Below are positions 7,994-15,658 of a DNA stretch of 17,384 nt, piece after piece. Origin of the DNA: a virus (lineage: Duplodnaviria; Heunggongvirae; Uroviricota; Caudoviricetes). The stretch covers positions 1-17,384 of the IMG/VR virus record IMGVR_UViG_2778261639_000015. One strand, given 5' to 3'. The position numbers and the translations under genes were made by a program. A model generated the notes under the pieces. It made no database searches and was not told the DNA's origin. It worked only from the letters and a program-made list of their open reading frames with translations. Each line of letters opens with the position of its first letter. Within the stretch, counting starts at the first letter, position 1.

Positions 7994-10232
7994 TAACGCA
8001 AAAGTTACAAACCCAATGTTAAGAATCCCTTTTTCCAGTAGTGACTTGGGTGCAATAGTAAACGCTGGCGGTGGGGCAAAGGTATTGGTTGATGTAACAG
8101 CCGAATATAGACAAGGGCTAGTAAGAAATTTAACAACCAGTAAACATTATTTAGAATCCAAACTTTCAGAGTACCCTGGAAGCTTGGGTACTTTGGTTTT
8201 CAAATTAAGAGACCAGGGAATAGCCAAAACGCATAGGCCGAACAAAATTGCTCAAGAGGCTGGATTGCAAAATGCCGGTCATGCCAAAATAGATGAAATG
8301 TTGGTTGCTGCTCATGCCGGCTGTTTTGACGTATTAGAGTCAGTCATTTTACATCGGAATATTAAAGCGATTTTGGCTAATCTAAGCGCGATTGAGCGCA
8401 TTGAACCTTGGGATGAGAATAGGAAGGTTCCAGGAGGCACTGATGGTTTGTTTGAATCATCAAACATCCTTGTACGACTATTTGAGTACACAGGTGAAGA
8501 TGCAACTTACAACAACTATGAAAACGTTATTTCTATATTAGAACAACACGGAGTTAAATATGATGAGATTAGACAAAAATGTGGTCTTCCCTTATTAAGG
8601 ATAATGGATTTATCCCCAAATGATAGATATATATTAGACATTCTCATTGATTACCCGGGTATAAGAACGTTAATTCCAGAACCAAAATATTCAGCATTCC
8701 CGGTTAGTGTAAGTGATTCTGTTGGCATTGAAACAAATAGCTTTCCCGTACCATCAGAAGAATTACCCATTGTTGCTGTATTTGACACTGGGGTAAGCCC
8801 CATCGCGGCAACAATTACTCCTTGGGTAGTGAGTAGGGAAACATACGTAATTCCTCCTGATACGAGTTATGAACATGGGACTATGGTGTCTTCATTGATA
8901 TCAGGCGCTCATTTTTTAAATGACAATCATCCATGGATTCCTGATACAAAATCTAAAATCCATGATGTTTGTGCTTTAGATGAAAATGGATCTTATATAT
9001 CAGATTTAATTCTGAGGCTAGCAGATGCTGTAAATAAAAGACCAGATATAAAAGTCTGGAATTTGTCTTTGGGAGGCGGACCATGTAATGAGCAGACGTT
9101 TAGTGATTTTGCGATGGAGTTAGATCGGCTCAGCGATAAATTTGGTATTTTGTTTGTAGTTGCTGCAGGTAATTATGTAGATGAACCTATACGTACATGG
9201 CCAAATCCTGATCCGCTTGGAGGTGCTGATTTAATTTCCTCTCCTGGAGAGTCAGTCCGAGCACTAACAGTTGGTTCAGTTTCTCATATGGAAGCTAATG
9301 ATGCTTTAAGTGAAATTGGAACACCGACACCATATACTCGTCGTGGCCCTGGGCCTGTATTTACTCCAAAGCCAGATATAATCCATGCTGGCGGTGGGGT
9401 TCATAGACCTTGGAATGTAGGAGCAAGCAGTTTAAAGGTCGTAGGGCCAGATAATAGGCTTTGCTCTAATTTTGGTACTAGTTTTGCTGCTCCAATTGTG
9501 GCAAGTTTAGCTGCGCATACATGGCAGAGAATAGCCACTAATTCAGACTTTAATGTTTCACCATCATTGATTAAAGCATTATTAATTCATTCCGCTCAAT
9601 TATCTTCTCCTGATTACTCGCCAAGTGAAAGACGCTATTTGGGAGCGGGAATTCCTAATGAAGTTATTGAGACCTTATATGATAGTGATGATAGGTTTAC
9701 TCTGATTTTCCAAACATTCTTGGTTCCTGGGGTGAGGTGGAGAAAGGAAAACTATCCCATACCATCGGCACTTATTCAAAATGGAAAATTTAAAGGTGAG
9801 ATTGTAATTACTGCTGCATATGCACCACCACTGAACCCTAATGCCGGCAGTGAATATGTTCGCGCGAACGTAGAGCTAAGTTTTGGCTTAATTGAGAATA
9901 ATACTATAAAAGGAAAAGTGCCTATGGAAGGAGAAAACGGTCAATCTGGATATGAGAGAGCTCAAATTGAGCATGGTGGAAAGTGGTCACCAGTAAAAAT
10001 TCATCGCAAGGCATTTAATAAAGGAATTACTTCGGGTAACTGGGCTCTTCAGGCTAAAACAACGTTGAGAGCGAATGAACCGGCCTTAATGGAGCCTTTA
10101 CCTGTAACTATTGTAGTAACTTTAAAATCATTAGATGGAAACACACAAGTTTATGCTGATGGCGTAAGAGCTTTAAATGCTAATAACTGGGCTCACTATC
10201 CATTGCCTGCTCGTGTGCCAGTTTCCGTATAA
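7968..10232 (+). CDS. Subtilisin-like S8 serine protease (754 aa), no signal peptide, with large N- and C-terminal non-catalytic domains
   Basis: Catalytic motifs in subtilase order: D273 in VAVFDTGV (nt 8784-8786), H303 in YEHGTMV (nt 8874-8876), oxyanion N365 in WNLSLGG, S505 in GTSFAAP (nt 9480-9482). The start overlaps the ATPase 3' end by 26 nt. Confidence 0.9.
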   Translation: MSRRGTQFSNAKVTNPMLRIPFSSSDLGAIVNAGGGAKVLVDVTAEYRQGLVRNLTTSKHYLESKLSEYPGSLGTLVFKLRDQGIAKTHRPNKIAQEAGLQNAGHAKIDEMLVAAHAGCFDVLESVILHRNIKAILANLSAIERIEPWDENRKVPGGTDGLFESSNILVRLFEYTGEDATYNNYENVISILEQHGVKYDEIRQKCGLPLLRIMDLSPNDRYILDILIDYPGIRTLIPEPKYSAFPVSVSDSVGIETNSFPVPSEELPIVAVFDTGVSPIAATITPWVVSRETYVIPPDTSYEHGTMVSSLISGAHFLNDNHPWIPDTKSKIHDVCALDENGSYISDLILRLADAVNKRPDIKVWNLSLGGGPCNEQTFSDFAMELDRLSDKFGILFVVAAGNYVDEPIRTWPNPDPLGGADLISSPGESVRALTVGSVSHMEANDALSEIGTPTPYTRRGPGPVFTPKPDIIHAGGGVHRPWNVGASSLKVVGPDNRLCSNFGTSFAAPIVASLAAHTWQRIATNSDFNVSPSLIKALLIHSAQLSSPDYSPSERRYLGAGIPNEVIETLYDSDDRFTLIFQTFLVPGVRWRKENYPIPSALIQNGKFKGEIVITAAYAPPLNPNAGSEYVRANVELSFGLIENNTIKGKVPMEGENGQSGYERAQIEHGGKWSPVKIHRKAFNKGITSGNWALQAKTTLRANEPALMEPLPVTIVVTLKSLDGNTQVYADGVRALNANNWAHYPLPARVPVSV

Positions 10233-10245
10233 CAACTATATAAAT

Positions 10246-10275
10246 CAAACCCGCTGTAGCGGGTTTGATTTATTT
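10246..10275 (+). terminator. Rho-independent terminator after the protease gene
   Basis: Stem AAACCCGC (10247-10254), loop TGTA, stem GCGGGTTT (10259-10266), followed by a T-rich tail (gatttatttgtg). Confidence 0.6.
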
Positions 10276-10648
10276 GTGGGTGTGTTTTATAAAAATACCG
10301 CCCATACACAACAAAATACAAAAAGTATTACAGATAAAAAAGGAGCGTAATGTGCAGATTTGTTGTTTTCCATATTTACTCACCTTAATATGATTAATCC
10401 TGGTAAGATTGTTATTTCAGCGGTTTTCAAATGAGATATTATGCTAATCTGGCAGATTTGCATAACATTAAAATTTAATTTGTCTAACCGCTTTTAATAA
10501 TAAGCGTTGTATTTTTATCCCAGCAATCTATTGTTTGATTTTTATTCCATCAATGTGGGGGCTTTACACTGGAACCAGTTTATTTATACTTTATACGTCA
10601 GCCTGAACAACTGGCATCTGCTGCACTGCGCCATCGAGAGATTGAGAA

Positions 10649-11248
10649 ATGGCGCATATACAACTGGTCAAACAAACTTCTTCTGGTTTACTTCTCCCGG
10701 CGACGCCGGAGAGTTGCGATTTTCTGCATCAAATCAAAATAGGTGAGTGGATACACGCAGACTTTAAGCGTGTGCGTAACTACGCATTCCACAAGCGTTT
10801 TTTCAAACTCCTGCAACTGGGATTCGATTACTGGACTCCGGTCGGTGGGGCGATCACGCCTCGCGAACGAAAACTGGTGTCCGGTTTCGTTGATTATCTG
10901 TGTGAATCAGTAGGCCGGGAACATACGCCAGCTCTGAGCGAAGCCGCAGATCAATATCTGAATACAGTTGCGACACGCAGAACCCGGGATACGGCATTGC
11001 TAAAGTCGTTTGAGGCTTTCCGCGAGTGGGTAACCATTCAGGCCGGATTTTACACCGAGCATCTTTATCCTGATGGTAGTCGTGGGCGTCGGGCGAAATC
11101 TATCGCGTTTGCGAATATGGAGGAAACCGAGTTTCAGCAGGTTTATAAATCTGTACTGAATGTGCTGTGGAACTGGATCCTGTACCGAAAATTTTCCTCT
11201 CCGGAACAGGTCGAAAATGTGGCCGCGCAGCTACTGGAGTTTGCGTAA
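10649..11248 (+). CDS. DUF1367-like nin-region protein (199 aa)
   Basis: ORF 10649..11248 (MAHIQLVKQTSSG...). Size and position (upstream of a YbcO-like gene and a Q-like gene) match DUF1367 proteins of lambdoid prophages; family assignment is from memory. Confidence 0.5.
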   Translation: MAHIQLVKQTSSGLLLPATPESCDFLHQIKIGEWIHADFKRVRNYAFHKRFFKLLQLGFDYWTPVGGAITPRERKLVSGFVDYLCESVGREHTPALSEAADQYLNTVATRRTRDTALLKSFEAFREWVTIQAGFYTEHLYPDGSRGRRAKSIAFANMEETEFQQVYKSVLNVLWNWILYRKFSSPEQVENVAAQLLEFA

Positions 11249-11538
11249 TGGTGGATTTACGTAAAGCGGCGCGGGGGCAGATGTGCACCGTCAGAATTCC
11301 TGGCTACTGCAATCACGATCCGGAAACGTCTGTGCTGGCGCATTACCGACTGGCGGGAACGTGCGGAACAGCGACAAAACCACACGATATGCAGGCGGCG
11401 ATTGCCTGTAGCTCATGCCACGATCTAATCGACGGGCGGGTAAAAACCAGCGATTACACCAAAGAAGAATTACGCCTGATGCATGCAGAAGGTGTTTTTC
11501 GCACACAAGAAATCTGGAGAAAGGAGGGATATTTGTGA
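11248..11538 (+). CDS. YbcO-like putative zinc-binding nuclease (DUF1364-type, 96 aa)
   Basis: ORF 11167..11538 trimmed to the ATG at 11248 (MVDLRKAARGQMCTVRIPGYCNHD...CSSCHDLIDG...). The start overlaps the upstream stop (TAATG). Cys/His motifs; 96 aa as in DLP12 YbcO. Confidence 0.6.
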   Translation: MVDLRKAARGQMCTVRIPGYCNHDPETSVLAHYRLAGTCGTATKPHDMQAAIACSSCHDLIDGRVKTSDYTKEELRLMHAEGVFRTQEIWRKEGYL

Positions 11539-12077
11539 TTTACCCAACGAATACAGGAAAAAGCGGAGAACACCTTCGTCTCGCCACGCTGGAAAGTGTC
11601 TGGATTCAGGGCAAACTGCGTATGTGGGGGCGCTGGTCGTATATTGGCGGTGGCAGGTCAGGGAATATGTTCAATCAGTTGTTGGCATCCAAAAAACTGA
11701 CGAAAACAGCCATTAATGAAGCCCTGCGCAGAATGAAAAAAGCGGGAATAGAGAAAGCTGAGCTGGAAGCGTTTTTGCGAGAGATGATCAACGGCAAGCA
11801 AAAGAGCTGGCTGGCGCATTGTACTGATGCAGAGGCGTTATGTATTGATCGAGTCATAAGTGAGGTGCTGGCAGAGCATCCAGGATTGATTTGCATTCTC
11901 CGGCAACGCTATGAAGGGCGGGGGATGACTAAGCGCAAAATGGCTGAATTGCTAAATGATGCACACCCAGAGTGGTGTTTTAGCACATGCGAAAAACGGA
12001 TTGCTAATTGGTTAGCTGTTGCTGAGTATGCCCTATATATTCCCATGCGTGAATCATTTGCTGAGAAAATGGCTTGA
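11535..12077 (+). CDS. Putative late-gene antiterminator (Q-like), ~180 aa
   Basis: ORF 11415..12077 trimmed to the GTG at 11535, with AAGGAGGG 6 nt upstream; overlaps the YbcO-like stop (GTGA). Last gene before a terminator and the lysis cassette. Assignment is positional plus weak motif memory; start is uncertain (alternative ATG at 11622). Confidence 0.45.
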   Translation: MIYPTNTGKSGEHLRLATLESVWIQGKLRMWGRWSYIGGGRSGNMFNQLLASKKLTKTAINEALRRMKKAGIEKAELEAFLREMINGKQKSWLAHCTDAEALCIDRVISEVLAEHPGLICILRQRYEGRGMTKRKMAELLNDAHPEWCFSTCEKRIANWLAVAEYALYIPMRESFAEKMA

Positions 12078-12157
12078 TTTCTTACGTATAAACTGCTTCA
12101 ATTTTGCTATGCTTCGCAAAGCTGTATCGCGAGGCGGATTGCAGACATGGACATCGT

Positions 12158-12186
12158 AAAAAAACCGCTTAATGCGGTTTTTTTAC
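12158..12186 (+). terminator. Rho-independent terminator ~90 nt downstream of the Q-like gene (tR'-like)
   Basis: A-run, stem AACCGC (12163-12168), loop TTAAT, stem GCGGTT (12174-12179), then T-run; near-symmetric, so possibly bidirectional. Confidence 0.6.
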
Positions 12187-12504
12187 GTCAGGAAAGCAGG
12201 GGAGAATGCTGCTAGTTGGGCAACTGGTCTTTCTGCTCCAAATTATAACAGAGACCAGTTATAGTTTCGGTGCTGTGTTTTTTTTACAATATTGTGATAA
12301 CACATTGCTGGCGGGAGTTTTGATATTTCTTGGCAGGGGCTGATGATGCGTTATCCTGATGTCGTCAACTCATATAAAATGAGATGAGAGATCATTGCAG
12401 GGTGGTTTGTAATTCGCTGTTTAGCGGGACAATATGTTGTCTGATACAAGACACCCGACGCCTCAGATTACTATAATAAAGACGAAGCATCCTTTGTATT
12501 GACC

Positions 12505-12531
12505 AACCGCCTGTTTAGGCGGTTCTTTTTG
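12505..12531 (+). terminator. Second rho-independent terminator in the Q-to-lysis spacer
   Basis: Stem AACCGCCT (12505-12512), loop GTTT, stem AGGCGGTT (12517-12524), then CTTTTT. Confidence 0.5.
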
Positions 12532-13121
12532 GGCTGGTTTATTGTATGCCAAATGATTATTAAAAAGGTTGTGTTAATAACAAAATCCGAAATAATATGC
12601 CTGCATATTTTTATCTTGCTTATATTCTGCATATTGTGCATAGCAGGCTCATCCCTGCAATCAAAACTGTATGATGAGTATTTTTTGTTTTCCTTTTTTC
12701 CAGTCATCTGATGATGACCTGCTTCTTTTTAATCCGGATCGACATCAGTTTTTTAAGATAATTCCTGCGAGTTATATGCATAAATGCCACAAACTCCGCA
12801 TTTTATGTGGTTGGGAGTTGCCGGGCGCGCAGTGAGTTTGCTAAGAAAACTCCTGCATGGTGAATCCCCCTGTGCGGTGGGGTGATACCATTAACCTTTT
12901 CTGTCGCCGACAGGTATCACGAACATTTTGTTCACCGGGAGGCACCCGGCACCATGCACTTCAATAGATTCTCTCCACATTATGGATATTCTTTCAGAAT
13001 ATCCCACGCAGACTTTGTGTAAATGTTAACAAATGTGCGTTTTATTTGATCTGATTCGCTGTTTGAGCGTCCAAAACAACGGTATATATAATCCTTTACT
13101 ATATGACATATGTGAGGAAAA

Positions 13122-13550
13122 ATGGGTTTTCGTAGCGCATCAATTCTTACGTTGATTATTAGTGGGATTATTATCGGGTGCACTGATGCTGTATCGACAA
13201 ATTATCATGACCGTACATCATATTACTCCGATAAAGCAATAGAGACACAGTATGTGAGTTCATCTGAACGTACTTCTGATGTTAGTGAGGATATCCGTCT
13301 GTATGCCCATCAAATCAAGAGCGCCATCGAAAAACAGTTCGGGGATGCGAGTAAGTATTCAGGAAAAGAGTGTACACTGAGAATGCATATGGCCCCGAAT
13401 GGCCTTCTACTGGAGGTTAAAAGAGAAAGTGGAGACCTCGATTTATGTCGTGAAGCGATGAATGCGATAAAGAATGCTGATATACCTGCCCCCCCTTCGC
13501 CGGAAGTATATAAAGTATTTCAAAATGGGGTGCTGGATTTTAAACCCTGA
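13122..13550 (+). CDS. Lipoprotein with TolA C-terminal domain III-like domain (142 aa)
   Basis: Signal peptide with lipobox IIGC. C-terminus (YAHQIKSAIEKQFGDASKYSGKECTLRMHMAPNGLLLEVKRESGDLDLCREAMNAIKNADIPAPPSPEVYKVFQNGVLDFKP) closely resembles E. coli TolA domain III as I recall it (...YAGQIKSAIESKFYDASSYAGKTCTLRIKLAPDGMLLDIKPEGGDPALCQAALAAAKLAKIPKPPSQAVYEVFKNAPLDFKP). Own promoter-like elements: TTGAGC 13063-13068, TATAAT 13087-13092; RBS GAGG. Confidence 0.8.
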   Translation: MGFRSASILTLIISGIIIGCTDAVSTNYHDRTSYYSDKAIETQYVSSSERTSDVSEDIRLYAHQIKSAIEKQFGDASKYSGKECTLRMHMAPNGLLLEVKRESGDLDLCREAMNAIKNADIPAPPSPEVYKVFQNGVLDFKP

Positions 13551-13700
13551 TATTTATTGTTTTGTAATAAACGGTTTCGGCTTAGGTTTGTTCTGACACA
13601 GCTACGGCACTGAGCTAAATTTAGCGGATAGTCAGCTCTGAGCCAGTGGCGGACGTAACAACTACTATTGCTGAGATTTTAATGGATTGAGGAGCAAGAA

Positions 13701-14096
13701 GTGGGATTAAAGAAAATCGTTATGTTGACTTTTTGGGTCGGTTTTGTTGCGGGATGCACACCTTTACACCCTTCAGATTGCCACAAAACTACTGCTACAG
13801 GTAGTTGCAGTTCAGGACGCTGGGATGATCAGGATGAATGGGGGGCGCAAGCGCGGGGAATCAGAGCTGCAATTAATGCCAAACTTGATGAGCCGCATAA
13901 CTGGAAAGGGAAAAAATGCAGGTTGCATATGGAATTCTCTCAGGATGGCACGGCGTTAAAAATATCTACCAGTAACGGTGATAAAGCCTATTGCGAAGCG
14001 ATAAAGTCCGCAGCTCATAAAGCCAAATTTCCGGCCTTCAACAATCCGGAAGTCTACAGAGATTTTCAGAAATCTGGCTTTGACATGCGAGGTTAG
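13701..14096 (+). CDS. Second, divergent TolA-III-like lipoprotein (131 aa), GTG start
   Basis: GTG at 13701 with TGAGGAG 6 nt upstream; signal peptide with lipobox VAGC. Its C-terminal half keeps the same spacing of conserved residues as the upstream paralog (I..AI...GK.C.L......G......GD..C.A...A.K....P.......VY..F). Confidence 0.65.
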   Translation: MGLKKIVMLTFWVGFVAGCTPLHPSDCHKTTATGSCSSGRWDDQDEWGAQARGIRAAINAKLDEPHNWKGKKCRLHMEFSQDGTALKISTSNGDKAYCEAIKSAAHKAKFPAFNNPEVYRDFQKSGFDMRG

Positions 14097-14221
14097 CTCT
14101 TCAATTACTATATCTCATTCATAGCAAACTGACAGATTTGATGATGTTCTATATACGAAACCTGTGATGTCAAGTCTGAGCTAATACAAATAAACATAAT
14201 ATCAGAGAAATACATTTTATT

Positions 14222-14245
14222 AGCTCGCTACGGCGAGCTTTTTAT
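14222..14245 (+). terminator. Rho-independent terminator between the lipoprotein genes and the holin
   Basis: Stem AGCTCGC (14222-14228), loop TACG, stem GCGAGCT (14233-14239), then TTTTT. Confidence 0.55.
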
Positions 14246-14347
14246 ATTGCATCGTCTCCAGCATATATATCAATTAAGGCTCTGATTGATGTGTCTGAAA
14301 GCCTACACATAATAACTATGCCATCCGTTCCGTGCGGAGGTGAGGCT

Positions 14348-14563
14348 ATGAAATCCATGGACAAAATTTCAACAGGCATTGCCTACGGCACCTCCGCAGG
14401 CAGTGCTGGCTACTGGTTTTTACAGTTGCTCGATAGAGTAACTCCGTCACAGTGGGCTGCAATCGGTGTGCTGGGTAGTCTGGTATTTGGCCTGCTGACG
14501 TACCTGACAAACCTTTATTTCAAGATTAAAGAAGATAAGCGCAAGGCTGCGAGAGGTGAATAA
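14348..14563 (+). CDS. Phage-21-type pinholin (S21-like, 71 aa) with dual-start motif MKSM
   Basis: ORF 14291..14563 trimmed to the ATG at 14348 ([28 protein letters not shown]...), with GGAGGTGAGG upstream. Second in-frame ATG at 14357 gives the holin/antiholin pair. Confidence 0.85.
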   Translation: MKSMDKISTGIAYGTSAGSAGYWFLQLLDRVTPSQWAAIGVLGSLVFGLLTYLTNLYFKIKEDKRKAARGE

Positions 14564-15060
14564 TGCCTCCATCATTACGAAAAGCCGTTGCTGCTGCTAT
14601 TGGTGGCGGAGCAATTGCTATAGCATCAGTGTTAATCACTGGCTCAAGTGGTAACGATGGTCTGGAGGGTGTCAGCTACATACCATACAAAGATATTGTT
14701 GGTGTATGGACTGTATGTCACGGGCATACAGGAAAAGACATCATGCTCGGTAAAACGTATACCAAAGCAGAATGCAAAACACTCTTGAATAAAGACCTTG
14801 CCACTGTCGCCAGACAAATTAACCCGTACATCAAAGTCGATATACCGGAAACAACGCGCGGCGCTCTTTACTCATTCGTTTACAACGTGGGTGCTGGCAA
14901 TTTCAGAACATCGACGCTTCTTCGCAAAATAAACCAGGGCGATATCAAAGGCGCATGTGATCAGCTACGTCGCTGGACATATGCTGGCGGTAAGCAATGG
15001 AAAGGTCTCATGACTCGTCGTGAGATTGAGCGTGAAATCTGTTTGTGGGGTCAGCAATGA
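14563..15060 (+). CDS. SAR endolysin (R21-like lysozyme, 165 aa)
   Basis: N-terminal signal-anchor-release segment [20 protein letters not shown] followed by a T4-lysozyme-type catalytic region ([24 protein letters not shown]). The ATG overlaps the holin stop (TAATG). Confidence 0.9.
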   Translation: MPPSLRKAVAAAIGGGAIAIASVLITGSSGNDGLEGVSYIPYKDIVGVWTVCHGHTGKDIMLGKTYTKAECKTLLNKDLATVARQINPYIKVDIPETTRGALYSFVYNVGAGNFRTSTLLRKINQGDIKGACDQLRRWTYAGGKQWKGLMTRREIEREICLWGQQ

Positions 15061-15521
15061 ACAGAGTAACCGCGATTATCTCCGCTCTGGTTATCTGCAT
15101 CATCGTCTACCTGTCATGGGCTGTTAATCATTACCGTGATAACGCCATTACCTACAAAGCCCAGCGCGACAAAAATGCCAGAGAACTGAAGCTGGCGAAC
15201 GCGGCAATTACTGACATGCAGATGCGTCAGCGTGATGTTGCTGCGCTCGATGCAAAATACACGAAGGAGTTAGCTGATGCGAAAGCTGAAAATGATGCTC
15301 TGCGTGATGATGTTGCCGCTGGTCGTCGTCGGTTGCACATCAAAGCAGTCTGTCAGTCAGTGCGTGAAGCCACCACCGCCTCCGGCGTGGATAATGCAGC
15401 CTCCCCCCGACTGGCAGACACCGCTGAACGGGATTATTTCACCCTCCGGGAACGACTGGTAATGATGCAGGCCCAACTTGAAGGTGCTCAGCAATACATA
15501 ACCGAGCAGTGTTTAAAGTAA
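15057..15521 (+). CDS. rzpR: Rz i-spanin (154 aa), lambda-Rz-like
   Basis: ORF 15045..15521 trimmed to the ATG at 15057 ([38 protein letters not shown]...), near-identical to lambda Rz as I recall it. The start overlaps the endolysin stop (ATGA). Confidence 0.85.
   Translation: MNRVTAIISALVICIIVYLSWAVNHYRDNAITYKAQRDKNARELKLANAAITDMQMRQRDVAALDAKYTKELADAKAENDALRDDVAAGRRRLHIKAVCQSVREATTASGVDNAASPRLADTAERDYFTLRERLVMMQAQLEGAQQYITEQCLK
15277..15462 (+). CDS. rzoR: Rz1 o-spanin lipoprotein (61 aa) embedded in the +1 frame of Rz
   Basis: [24 protein letters not shown]...[15 protein letters not shown]: lipobox VVGC and a proline-rich mature region, entirely inside the Rz gene. Confidence 0.85.
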   Translation: MRKLKMMLCVMMLPLVVVGCTSKQSVSQCVKPPPPPAWIMQPPPDWQTPLNGIISPSGNDW

Positions 15522-15658
15522 AATCTTAACTACAATATGATTCATTTTGATGATTGTTTCATAAGGAACAGTGAAGTAAGATCTAAGAGGAGTTAAATTT
15601 TATACAGTATAATCATAATATTGCAGCAAGGTGGTTATAATTGAAAGAATATTTAGAT

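Noticed and set aside
10507-10746. 79-aa ORF overlapping the start of the DUF1367-like gene
   Set aside because: Different frame from the better-supported 199-aa gene; AT-rich low-complexity N-terminus; no RBS.
12471-13183. Track ORFs 12471..12707 (-), 12499..12711 (+), 12980..13183 (-)
   Set aside because: Hydrophobic, low-complexity frames in AT-rich non-coding DNA; they overlap a predicted terminator or the lipoprotein promoter and have no RBS.
13744-13959. 71-aa ORF inside the second lipoprotein gene
   Set aside because: Alternative frame of a gene with signal peptide, lipobox and conserved domain.
13609-14185. Short direct repeat CTGAGCTAA flanking the second lipoprotein gene (near 13610 and 14176)
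   Set aside because: A 9-mer repeat is expected many times by chance in 17 kb, so it is not evidence of a target-site duplication or att site.
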